A DNA stretch of 22,366 nucleotides from the IMG/VR virus record IMGVR_UViG_3300006919_000037; one strand, given 5' to 3'. The stretch comes from a virus (taxonomy: Duplodnaviria; Heunggongvirae; Uroviricota; Caudoviricetes). Each line of letters opens with the position of its first letter. The first letter of the stretch is position 1. The notes beneath the pieces were generated by a model that made no database searches, had not been told where the DNA came from, and saw only the letters and a program-made list of their open reading frames with translations. A program made the translations under genes and the position numbers. Below, piece after piece: positions 12,792 to 20,935 of this stretch.

Positions 12792-12865
12792 TGGAGCAGG
12801 TATGGAGAATCGAACTCCACTACTTAGCTTGGAAGGCTAGTACATTGCCACTATGCTATACCTGC
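12792..12865 (-). tRNA. tRNA-Gly(TCC)
   Basis: Loop CT-TCC-AA, U73, CCA. Confidence 0.93.
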
Positions 12866-12875
12866 ATTATTCGTT

Positions 12876-13052
12876 TTATTCTACAGTTCCATGTCTGACA
12901 TAATTGAAAAGTCTTTGAGCCTTCTGTATGGCCTCACGTGGCACACCAACAGCTTCTGTTCCACCAACAATCTTCAGACATTCCAGACGAAGTTCGATAT
13001 TCTGAAATTCATCCATTTCTTCTTTCGAAGGCATTTGATCAAGATTTATCAT
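12876..13052 (-). CDS. Hypothetical protein, 58 aa
   Basis: Not in the track. MINLDQMPSKEEMDEFQNIELRLECLKIVGGTEAVGVPREAIQKAQRLFNYVRHGTVE; fills the gap between tRNA-Pro and tRNA-Gly. Confidence 0.65.
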   Translation of the reverse strand: MINLDQMPSKEEMDEFQNIELRLECLKIVGGTEAVGVPREAIQKAQRLFNYVRHGTVE

Positions 13053-13075
13053 TCTGTTTCTTTCATGTCAATAAT

Positions 13076-13152
13076 TGGTCTAGGTAGAGGGATTCGAACC
13101 CCCGGTCTTCTGGTCCCAAACCAGACGGATTACCATGCTTTCCCATACCTAG
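13076..13152 (-). tRNA. tRNA-Pro(TGG)
   Basis: Loop TT-TGG-GA, C1-G72, A73, CCA. Confidence 0.92.
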
Positions 13153-13161
13153 ATAGGTTTT

Positions 13162-13269
13162 TTATTTTACTGGGTCTTCAGTGCCAACTGGACCAGCAGG
13201 TCCACAACCGGTTAGAACAGTTCCAGTAACTGCCACTGCAAGCAGGGCTAGAAGGGCATAAACTTTCAT
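13162..13269 (-). CDS. Mini-lipoprotein, 35 aa (signal peptide II, lipobox LTGC)
   Basis: Not in the track. MKVYALLALLAVAVTGTVLTG-CGPAGPVGTEDPVK; AGGA RBS; ATAAATA upstream. Confidence 0.75.
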   Translation of the reverse strand: MKVYALLALLAVAVTGTVLTGCGPAGPVGTEDPVK

Positions 13270-13285
13270 TTTCATTTTCCTATTT

Positions 13286-13292
13286 TATTTAT
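13286..13292 (-). promoter_or_regulatory. Late promoter (ATAAATA) overlapping the last A of the tRNA-Ala CCA
   Basis: CCATAAATA at the tRNA 3' end, upstream of the mini-lipoprotein. Confidence 0.5.
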
Positions 13293-13366
13293 GGTGGAGT
13301 GCCGGGGAATCGAACCCCGAATATCTGGTTGCAAACCAAATGTGTTCCCGTTAGCACTAGCACCCC
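13292..13366 (-). tRNA. tRNA-Ala(TGC)
   Basis: G3-U70 wobble, anticodon TGC, A73, CCA. Confidence 0.94.
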
Positions 13367-13379
13367 ATCGTTTCACATG

Positions 13380-13407
13380 TATTTAGGGACTTTTTTTACA
13401 AAGTCAA
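13380..13407 (-). promoter_or_regulatory. Hybrid early/late promoter at the head of the tRNA cluster
   Basis: TTGACT-N16-TAAATA; the -10 lies within CTAAATA. Confidence 0.5.
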
Positions 13408-13700
13408 GCATTTTCCTGAATAAGGTGTCGGTATGGTGGAACAACTCTGAATGTATCACCTTCAGCCATCCACTCATCCGTTTTCTTGAGTTTCTGTTCC
13501 AGAGCCAAATCTTCTTGGATCAATCCTGCAACACCGTGTTCAGCTTCAAGCTCACCATAATACCCAAGAGGCTTACCAACCAGTTCCCAACTATCATCAG
13601 AAGCCTCAAGCACCCTACGATACACATTATAAATTTCCGGTGTTCTGCTCTTCACTATCCGATATAGATAATAGGGACTCTTCACTGTTCCATCTTCCAT
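13404..13700 (-). CDS. Hypothetical protein
   Basis: 98-aa ORF; overlaps the RF-like gene by ~70 nt, so the start may be a later GTG. Confidence 0.6.
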   Translation of the reverse strand: MEDGTVKSPYYLYRIVKSRTPEIYNVYRRVLEASDDSWELVGKPLGYYGELEAEHGVAGLIQEDLALEQKLKKTDEWMAEGDTFRVVPPYRHLIQENA

Positions 13701-14037
13701 CTTTGAAAATCTCCACTTTTAGATTCTTAGGTCGAATCATATCCTCAACCTTATCCACCATTATCTGGTGTGTGCCCATGTGTTTTGCAATCTCTATTTT
13801 ATGCCATGCCTTGAATTCCTTTGTGGCAATACATTTCTCAAAGGCAATCCGTTTGTTCTTGTGTTGTGATCTGGTCTCATCAGAATACCCAAGGGCATTG
13901 GAAGGGGGATGCTTACAATGAACTGCACTCTCAGTCTTGTTACGTTTCTGTCCACCCTTACCAGACCCTCTGGAATATGACCATACGAAATCCCTCTCCG
14001 TGATGCTAAACAGAAGTTCTTTTTCCTTACTCATCAT
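13627..14037 (-). CDS. Class I release factor-like GGQ-domain protein (peptidyl-tRNA hydrolase domain; ArfB/PrfH-like size)
   Basis: RGSGKGGQKRNKTESAV and RSQHKNKRIAF; only 136 aa, with no stop-codon recognition domain. Confidence 0.88.
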   Translation of the reverse strand: MMSKEKELLFSITERDFVWSYSRGSGKGGQKRNKTESAVHCKHPPSNALGYSDETRSQHKNKRIAFEKCIATKEFKAWHKIEIAKHMGTHQIMVDKVEDMIRPKNLKVEIFKDGRWNSEESLLSISDSEEQNTGNL

Positions 14038-14227
14038 CCCTATCCCTAAAGAACTTCACACACTCATAGCATAAAACAGGTCCACCATTATACCGGCACC
14101 AGTCTGGAGTTAGTTTCTTACAGTGTTCACATTTTTTCTTCATCAGATAATCTCTTTCAACAGGTTTTTCAAAATCCACACCGTCTCTAGTTACTGTGAA
14201 ATTGAGATGGATAAACTTCTCACCCAT
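14027..14227 (-). CDS. Small zinc-ribbon (CxxC...CxxC) hypothetical protein
   Basis: CEHC and CYEC; ATG overlaps the gp46 stop region. Confidence 0.6.
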   Translation of the reverse strand: MGEKFIHLNFTVTRDGVDFEKPVERDYLMKKKCEHCKKLTPDWCRYNGGPVLCYECVKFFRDRDDE

Positions 14228-15947
14228 TTTCAACAATCTCTGAAAAGTTACCCTTCTTACCAAATTCTATAACCCGGTCAAACTTGTCCGATATAGACTG
14301 GACCTTGTGACTGATCACGAATATGTTAGAAGACTTGGCTATTGTCTCAATGATATTCAAGAACTCTTCGTTCCCTTCATCATCTAGTGAGGAATCCATA
14401 ACCTCATCCAGTATCAGGATATTGGTTGATACAGAATTACGGCCACGGGCAATCTCTCTCCATGTGAACATCAGTGCCATATCAATTCTCATCTTCTCAC
14501 CCTGTGAGAAATTCATATATGACAAACTATCCAGATGACGGCTCTTGATGGTTTCCTTGAAATTCTCATCCAACTCAAACGACACAAAGAATTCCATCAG
14601 GGACAGATAGTGATTGATCCTCTGGTTGATCACCGGGAGATACTGATTTATGATCTTGGCCTTGATACCATCATCCTTCAACATGCCCAGAGAGAGCTTC
14701 AGGACCTCTGCTTCCTTCATCAGGTCCTCATATAGCCCAGCTTCCTCTTTACCGTCCTGTATGGCCTTCTTTAGGTCCTTACGGGTATCTTTGATGATAT
14801 CACCTGTCTGGGTGACCGGCTTCTCTTTTTTCATGGTCTCCAGTTGCCTACGAATAGATTCAGCCAACCGGAATTTATCTTCCTCTTCTCGTTCCATGTT
14901 CTGAAACTTCACAAGAGCCTTCTGTATCTTTGTGGATTCCTTCTGGTGTTCCACCATCAAATCATTGGCTCTAACTGAACCCTTATCTATCTCATCAAGC
15001 TTGGCAGCTAAATCAAACATCTTGGATTCTCTCAAGGTTGGGTCCATATGCTGCTTACATGATGGACATGAGTCCGGATGCTTCTCGAAAAACTCATACT
15101 GTTCCTGCCAGAAGTCTGCCTTTATTTCCAGATCACGAATAACCTTACCAAACTGTGTGATCTTCTTCTGGTGTTTTTCATCTTCAGCTTTGGCTTTCTT
15201 ATATGCTGGCCGGTGCTGGGCAATCTTCTGAGTAATCAAATCAGTCTCAGCCTTCATCTCATCGTACTGTTTACTGAATGCTTCAATCTTATTGAGCCGT
15301 GCTTCATCCTCAGACTTGTTGGATTTCTCAAGCCGTGCCAAATTTGTTTTGATCATATCGATTTTGGACTTGATCTGTGACAGCCGTTCCTTCTTGATCA
15401 GGCAGGCTTCCTTGTTATCCTTTGCCTGCTGCTTGATGATTGAATTCATCAGTGAGAATATCTGGATATCAAGCAGGTCTTCAATAACATCACGTCTCTT
15501 GGCTGCTTCAAGCTGCATGAATGGTTTGAAAACAGCAGACCCCAGAATATCAATCTGGGTGAATGACTCCTTGCTCATTCTCAGGACGTTCTGCTCAAAA
15601 TCCTTCTGGTAGTTTGATGCTTCCTGATTTTGCAGCACACCATCAATATACACCTCAAAAACCTTTGGCTTCTGGCCACGTCTGACCATGTAATTCTTCT
15701 TATTGATAGAGAACTCACACTCAGCAATGCAATCCTTCTTGTTGATTGAATTAACCAGAGAGCCAACCGTAATTTTCCGGAATGGTGTATCGAACAGTGC
15801 AAAGCATATTGCATCCAGCATGGTAGACTTGCCAGAACCGTTCTTGCCCACTATCAACGTAGTGGGTAATTCATCCAACCGTATCTCATTAAATGAGTTG
15901 CCGGTGGAAAGGAAATTTTTCCATCTTATTTTTTTGAATTTGATCAT
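14220..15947 (-). CDS. gp46: Recombination endonuclease subunit gp46 (Rad50/SbcC-like)
   Basis: GKNGSGKS, coiled coils, CPSC zinc hook, FSQGE signature, ILDE, ISH. Confidence 0.96.
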   Translation of the reverse strand: MIKFKKIRWKNFLSTGNSFNEIRLDELPTTLIVGKNGSGKSTMLDAICFALFDTPFRKITVGSLVNSINKKDCIAECEFSINKKNYMVRRGQKPKVFEVYIDGVLQNQEASNYQKDFEQNVLRMSKESFTQIDILGSAVFKPFMQLEAAKRRDVIEDLLDIQIFSLMNSIIKQQAKDNKEACLIKKERLSQIKSKIDMIKTNLARLEKSNKSEDEARLNKIEAFSKQYDEMKAETDLITQKIAQHRPAYKKAKAEDEKHQKKITQFGKVIRDLEIKADFWQEQYEFFEKHPDSCPSCKQHMDPTLRESKMFDLAAKLDEIDKGSVRANDLMVEHQKESTKIQKALVKFQNMEREEEDKFRLAESIRRQLETMKKEKPVTQTGDIIKDTRKDLKKAIQDGKEEAGLYEDLMKEAEVLKLSLGMLKDDGIKAKIINQYLPVINQRINHYLSLMEFFVSFELDENFKETIKSRHLDSLSYMNFSQGEKMRIDMALMFTWREIARGRNSVSTNILILDEVMDSSLDDEGNEEFLNIIETIAKSSNIFVISHKVQSISDKFDRVIEFGKKGNFSEIVENG

Positions 15948-15950
15948 CTA

Positions 15951-17024
15951 TCACACACTGTTGTAAGCTATTGCTTCATTGTACACAGAACGAAGTTTGT
16001 CCTTGACCATGGTCTTCATATCGTCTGCAATCTCAACTCTTTCAACATGCTTATCTATTATTGTTGGAGTATCCTCAATATTCTCAATATCAACCTCTTC
16101 ATCATCCTCTGATGTTATGAAGTCGGAGTCTATCACCTTGATGTCGATAGGATCATAGGATTCAACCACGTCTCTGAGGGTATCCAAAAGGGCTGGGTTG
16201 GTTTTCTTGGCTACGATGATCTTGACATAGTTGTCTCTCATCTTTTCGAGCTTGCCGGTCTCTATGTCATTCCTGATGACCTTCTCGTTTGCCTCATCAT
16301 TGTATTCATATATCTGGAAGATGCTGTATGGGTTACGGTGGAATTCCAGCTTACCCGTTTCTGTATCCAGTATGCTCACACCCCGTGGATCGTTACAATC
16401 AAACCAGTTGAATTCATAGGCAGCACCCAGATATGTTATATTACCCTCTGAAGAAGCATGATGAAAGTGACCAGAATAAACACTACTGTACTCAGCAAAA
16501 AGATCAGCCATATGTCCATCCCGGTTAACAACTCCACGGTAGAATTGAAACCCTTGGATTTCCAAGTGTCCGATAATTCGTTCAGCTTTCTTTTCAGATA
16601 TTGCATGTAACACTCTCTCTTCATTCTCTGGATTGATCCATGGCAATAGAAGGATTTTAGTGCCAGCCACATTGATCACAGATGGCTCGTGTACAATGTT
16701 TATATCGTAACCGTTCAAGAGAACATCAAGAGAGTTTATCTTGTTGGTGTCCTTGTAGTAAACATCGTGGTTGCCGGGGATGATGTGCATATCAAATTCC
16801 TTAGTCCACGGATCAAGGAAATCTGTCTTCATCCGGTGGGCTGTGAAATAATTGATATACTTCCGTCTGTCCACCAGATCACCACCATGAACCACCGTCT
16901 TCACACCAGCCGTTTTGAACAGCTTCATGAAATAATCATTCGACTTCTGCATATAATTGTAGAAATTGACGTTATCGTTCCGGATACCGTAGTGGGTGTC
17001 TGTGATAAGTCCAAGCTTACTCAT
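15951..17024 (-). CDS. gp47: Recombination endonuclease subunit gp47 (Mre11/SbcD-like)
   Basis: DTH, GD, GNHD, GH and GHFH phosphoesterase motifs; start at MSKLGL overlaps the gp55 end. Confidence 0.95.
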   Translation of the reverse strand: MSKLGLITDTHYGIRNDNVNFYNYMQKSNDYFMKLFKTAGVKTVVHGGDLVDRRKYINYFTAHRMKTDFLDPWTKEFDMHIIPGNHDVYYKDTNKINSLDVLLNGYDINIVHEPSVINVAGTKILLLPWINPENEERVLHAISEKKAERIIGHLEIQGFQFYRGVVNRDGHMADLFAEYSSVYSGHFHHASSEGNITYLGAAYEFNWFDCNDPRGVSILDTETGKLEFHRNPYSIFQIYEYNDEANEKVIRNDIETGKLEKMRDNYVKIIVAKKTNPALLDTLRDVVESYDPIDIKVIDSDFITSEDDEEVDIENIEDTPTIIDKHVERVEIADDMKTMVKDKLRSVYNEAIAYNSV

Positions 17025-17610
17025 TCTGTTCGTTTTCCTTTGCCAACCGGTCTTCTTCACGTTTTTTTCTCATCCGTTCTTTCTTCTTCTGTTTTCGACG
17101 TTCCATCTTATCTTCGAATTTCTGGATGAATTCTTGGATTTGCTCATACACCGGGTTGTTGATCAGATTGGTTTCGTCATCCAACATGAAAGCATCTTCT
17201 GTGTTCAGAGTCATGTCGAACGATTTATACATAGAGTATCTGACTTCCTCTTCAAGGTTGATCCGGTTTATGAATGCAAAATGGCATATCCGTGTGAAGT
17301 AGGCCAACGGGTTTTTATATTTCTTCTCATTGAAGTTGTCAAAGTATTTGATACAGTCCATGATGGCATCACTCACCATAACATCCCGATATGAATATCC
17401 CATAAATTTACGGTTCCATGAATAGTGTTCAGCAATATCCATGATGGCCTTGCCACAATATTCTGGGATAGGGGGTTTCTCAGCACTTTCCAGTTCAGCC
17501 TTCGTACATGCTTCTTTATAGCCAACTATCACCTCATAGAATTCCTGCTTGTCTATGTAATCGGATTCAATTGAGTCTCTTTCTGGCTTTTTATTGATTA
17601 TTTTTGTCAT
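17017..17610 (-). CDS. gp55: Late-transcription sigma factor gp55
   Basis: YIDKQEF, IPEYCG, FMGYSYRDVMVSDAI and NPLAYFTRICHFAFINRI. Confidence 0.93.
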   Translation of the reverse strand: MTKIINKKPERDSIESDYIDKQEFYEVIVGYKEACTKAELESAEKPPIPEYCGKAIMDIAEHYSWNRKFMGYSYRDVMVSDAIMDCIKYFDNFNEKKYKNPLAYFTRICHFAFINRINLEEEVRYSMYKSFDMTLNTEDAFMLDDETNLINNPVYEQIQEFIQKFEDKMERRKQKKKERMRKKREEDRLAKENEQNE

Positions 17611-17646
17611 TATGTCACTTTCTTTAAGTTTTTTTTCATTTGCCTC

Positions 17647-17676
17647 TTGACAGGCATCAGAGTCGTGTTATATAGT
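17647..17676 (+). promoter_or_regulatory. Near-consensus sigma70-like promoter pointing antisense into uvsW
   Basis: TTGACA-N16-TATATA (or N18-TATAGT), with TG upstream of the -10. Confidence 0.6.
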
Positions 17677-17729
17677 ATACTGTCCCGTTTTAAGGATCAT
17701 AGAGTCGTTTAAGATTCTATAGAGTCGTT
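17659..17729 (+). repeat. AGAGTCGT x3 (iteron-like)
   Basis: Copies at 17659, 17701 and 17721; the last two extend to TAGAGTCGTT, 20 bp apart. Confidence 0.75.
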
Positions 17730-17776
17730 ATGGTTTTCTAAGTAGCTTGACTCATCTCCAGAATCCAAAAATCACA

Positions 17777-19270
17777 TCAGACTCCAATATTGATTTTGTA
17801 GGTTTTGAGGTTATACCTCTCTGCAACCCAAAGCTTCAAACGTTCTCTGAAATGCAAATAACTATGATTCGTGAAACCTGATGTCGAAGACATCAGATCA
17901 TCACCAATATCAAATATGGTAGCAGTGGTGTCTTCAAACTTCCTCAACATACGGCCAATAGATTGTAGGTTCCGGATACGACTCTTGTACCCAATAGCCA
18001 GTATGCAATTGACAAGTGTGGGTAGATCGATACCGGTAGAGAATGTACCATAGCTGGCAATCACAATACAGTTGTTGTTCTTTTTAACAAACTCTGTGAT
18101 CTTCAACCGTTCCTCAACCTTGGTCTCACCCGAAATGTAGAAGACATGCTTGCCTTCCTTATTGTGCTTGTCGATCATCTTCTTCAACAGTTTTCCATGC
18201 TTCTCAACATAGTTGAACAGGATCAGACTGTTTCCTTCCAGAGACAGTGCCAGATTCGTAATGTACTTATTCCTATAGTCACACTGACACAGGTAGCTCA
18301 ACTCCTGTTGATAACCCCATTTTTCAGTTGTTCTCAGTGTGCATATCTGTTTAGGGTGTTTTAACACCAGTGCCTTGACCGTGGTTTGTGATGATAAACC
18401 TCTCTTGATCAACTCATGGGACTTGGCTAGAGTCTTGATCTTGCCAAACATGCCCGTCAAGGCTAATTTATGGACCACTGAGCCGTCTAATGATCCAGTC
18501 AGACCTATCCGGTACTCAGCATTATGCATACTGTCCATGATCTTCTTAAGCTCTTTGGCTTTGAAATGATGTGCCTCATCACCGATCAGGAATTCAAACT
18601 GCTCATGGAAGTGTTTCGGTTGTTTGGCAAGGGACTGCCATGTGGTTATTGTGATGGGCTTATCAGTGTTGATTCCCATGCCGGTGCCTGCATGTACACG
18701 ATGGCATAGATTTTCTACATCCAAGCCATATGACATGAAGTCATTATACAACTGCTCAACAAGCTGGACAGTCGGCACGATCACCACACCCTTACTTTTA
18801 CCGGATGTGAGTATCTTACATATCAACAGGAACATGATGATGGATTTGCCAGAGTTTGTGGGTGAGAGAAGAATACATCTCTTCTTCCGGAACCCGTGCA
18901 GGAACCCCATCATCTGGTAGTCACGTTTTGTGTACTTTTTTGGGATATCCAGACTGTCAAAAAACTCAACAGCTTCCTTTGCCGAAAACTCATTCTCATA
19001 CTGGAAGTCGTTTTCTATTTCCACATTGATTTTATTATGCTCTGCCCAAGCCACAAGAATGTCCAGCAGGCCCAAAGGCAGGGTCTGGGCACGTCTGTTG
19101 AATAATCGGATGTTACCGTCCCACTTGCCACTCTGGAATGCTGGGCTGTATGCTGAATTGTTTGCCGGGAATGTGAATTGTTCCGATATCTCCTGCATCA
19201 CTGAAAATGAGCAATGTACCTTCAGGCTTGTCTCATCAATCTTACTGATCTTGATAGTTTCACTCATCAC
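17777..19270 (-). CDS. uvsW: SF2 RNA-DNA/DNA helicase UvsW
   Basis: RDYQ, SPTNSGKS, DEAHH, TGS, STGID and QSIGRMLR motifs; T4-like context. Confidence 0.95.
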   Translation of the reverse strand: MMSETIKISKIDETSLKVHCSFSVMQEISEQFTFPANNSAYSPAFQSGKWDGNIRLFNRRAQTLPLGLLDILVAWAEHNKINVEIENDFQYENEFSAKEAVEFFDSLDIPKKYTKRDYQMMGFLHGFRKKRCILLSPTNSGKSIIMFLLICKILTSGKSKGVVIVPTVQLVEQLYNDFMSYGLDVENLCHRVHAGTGMGINTDKPITITTWQSLAKQPKHFHEQFEFLIGDEAHHFKAKELKKIMDSMHNAEYRIGLTGSLDGSVVHKLALTGMFGKIKTLAKSHELIKRGLSSQTTVKALVLKHPKQICTLRTTEKWGYQQELSYLCQCDYRNKYITNLALSLEGNSLILFNYVEKHGKLLKKMIDKHNKEGKHVFYISGETKVEERLKITEFVKKNNNCIVIASYGTFSTGIDLPTLVNCILAIGYKSRIRNLQSIGRMLRKFEDTTATIFDIGDDLMSSTSGFTNHSYLHFRERLKLWVAERYNLKTYKINIGV

Positions 19271-19529
19271 CAGACTCCAACTTGGCTAATGCAAGGGTTG
19301 CAGGATTTAAGGCTATTGCCTGTTTCAGCTTTTTTCTGCTGTGTGGGTGATCACCACCATATTCCACATGATAATACCCGTTCAGTTCACACTCACACTC
19401 TCGTAGTGCCTCAACCAAGCTATCAAGGGTTGTGGCCACCTCTTCAAGGAAAGGTCCTGCATCCCCATTGCCACCCCATACATCGGCCCTAGCCCATCTA
19501 CGTAACCTTGATTGCATCTTATCAGTCAT
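19260..19529 (-). CDS. Hypothetical protein
   Basis: ATG overlaps the upstream stop (ATGACTGA); LVEAL-type helical phage protein. Confidence 0.65.
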   Translation of the reverse strand: MTDKMQSRLRRWARADVWGGNGDAGPFLEEVATTLDSLVEALRECECELNGYYHVEYGGDHPHSRKKLKQAIALNPATLALAKLESGDE

Positions 19530-19740
19530 TGAATTCAATGATCAATCTGGAGATGTTTGAAGTCTGGAAATACAAGCCCGTGTCCACCTCTATCCAATTG
19601 CCTATATTAACCAACAGGTCATTTATCCGTTCTTGTCTGTTATGTGATTCATGGGTTTCGAACTGTGTGGTCCAAATCCCATGTGCACCGTCTATCATCC
19701 AAAGATGCACCACGGCCTTTTGTGTTATTCTGTCTGACAT
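19522..19740 (-). CDS. Hypothetical protein
   Basis: 72 aa; starts immediately after the uvsY stop. Confidence 0.65.
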   Translation of the reverse strand: MSDRITQKAVVHLWMIDGAHGIWTTQFETHESHNRQERINDLLVNIGNWIEVDTGLYFQTSNISRLIIEFND

Positions 19741-19744
19741 AATT

Positions 19745-20191
19745 TTAGCCACCACTTATGAACTTTCTATGCTCAATAGCATTTCTGATCTGCCATTGCC
19801 GGTTACCCAGTTGTTTGATTATCTCCTTACATGCATCCACGATTTCCTCATGGTATTCTTTTTTCAGGAGAATTCCACATAGCTCATCGTCTGCATCAAG
19901 CCATATGTCTATGTCTTGCTTCATGATTGTGTTTTGCATTGGGGGGAGATTGTACTTTTGAAGATCAGCCGGGTTGTTGAGTTCACCCCGGTAATATTTC
20001 CACTTCACCAGCTTGACCTTCTTATATTCAGACCCTATCTTCTTCACAAGCAATTTGTGATGAACAAGAATCGACATATATTTTCCGTGGAGTTTAGCTG
20101 CATCAAGACTACTTTTATCCAAGTCCATTTCTGGTATCTTGGAGTCTTCCATCCACATATCCACTAAATCATCTATCTTGTTGATTCTCAT
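19745..20191 (-). CDS. uvsY: Recombination mediator UvsY
   Basis: WMEDSKI, LHGKY, KWKYYRGEL, DIDIWLDAD and RQWQIRNAIEHRKFISG. Confidence 0.92.
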   Translation of the reverse strand: MRINKIDDLVDMWMEDSKIPEMDLDKSSLDAAKLHGKYMSILVHHKLLVKKIGSEYKKVKLVKWKYYRGELNNPADLQKYNLPPMQNTIMKQDIDIWLDADDELCGILLKKEYHEEIVDACKEIIKQLGNRQWQIRNAIEHRKFISGG

Positions 20192-20237
20192 GATATTTAC
20201 CAATGTTAAAACACACTGATATTATGTGGCTATTGTG

Positions 20238-20753
20238 CTATAGTCTTTCAACCTCAAATGTGTCATAATCTAAAGTAATATCAACAACTAAGATATCGGG
20301 TCTGTCTTTTTGTGTAGACATTTGAAGTGGACCCATACCGGTTATACAACATTCGTTGAATTTTATTCTCAGGTTGGTGAGATTTGAGTTCCTGTGAAAT
20401 TCCAGAATACCATCATTGTAGATTTCACCGGTTCTGATATTTGTCTTGTATTGATCAAAACCAAGAGGTGTTGTGATAGACATTAACCAGTTGTATGTTT
20501 CTTCCCACACTCTCAGGTCTTCATCCACCTGTGCAGTGATTACCAATGGTTCATACATCAGCCGGTCACCATGCCTTTTCTGTATATGGAATGGTGTTGC
20601 CATCTCAGCAGAACTGGTTGTCACACCCGGCAGGTTGACACTCTGGCAAAAATAGATTGCAAAGGGAAGGTTTGGAATGACAAACTTATACTTGTTGTCC
20701 TGTAGCAGTGACAGGTTAGATGGATTGTCTGCCAGACCAATCTTCTGGGACAT
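20238..20753 (-). CDS. gp3: Tail completion / tail tube terminator gp3
   Basis: FCQSVNLPG, GDRLMYEPL and VDEDLRVWEETYNW; position after gp23. Confidence 0.85.
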   Translation of the reverse strand: MSQKIGLADNPSNLSLLQDNKYKFVIPNLPFAIYFCQSVNLPGVTTSSAEMATPFHIQKRHGDRLMYEPLVITAQVDEDLRVWEETYNWLMSITTPLGFDQYKTNIRTGEIYNDGILEFHRNSNLTNLRIKFNECCITGMGPLQMSTQKDRPDILVVDITLDYDTFEVERL

Positions 20754-20935
20754 TATCGTTTACCACTCATGTATCTGGCATACTGTGAAACATCAGTCTT
20801 CTTAACTGTCAGGTCCTGATGTGCTTCATTCAGCATACCGGTCTCTTTGGTCTCAACAATCTGTGGTTTTTCGTCACCGAAATCCAGATCAAGGTATTCT
20901 TTCGGCTGGTGTTTCATGGCATTATACATTGACAT
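20753..20935 (-). CDS. Hypothetical late protein, 60 aa
   Basis: GGAG RBS before MSMYNA, downstream of TATAAATA. Confidence 0.65.
   Translation of the reverse strand: MSMYNAMKHQPKEYLDLDFGDEKPQIVETKETGMLNEAHQDLTVKKTDVSQYARYMSGKR

Noticed and set aside
13627-14037. Stop-codon reassignment implied by the release-factor-like gene
   Set aside because: No suppressor tRNA seen; conserved genes are full-length in the standard code and end with TAA, TGA or TAG (for example nadM ends TAG).
16068-19696. Further GATAGAC 7-mers (16068-16074 and 19690-19696, minus strand)
   Set aside because: Inside coding sequences, without the flanking GG/CC stem or a downstream RBS; not copies of the NAD-leader element.
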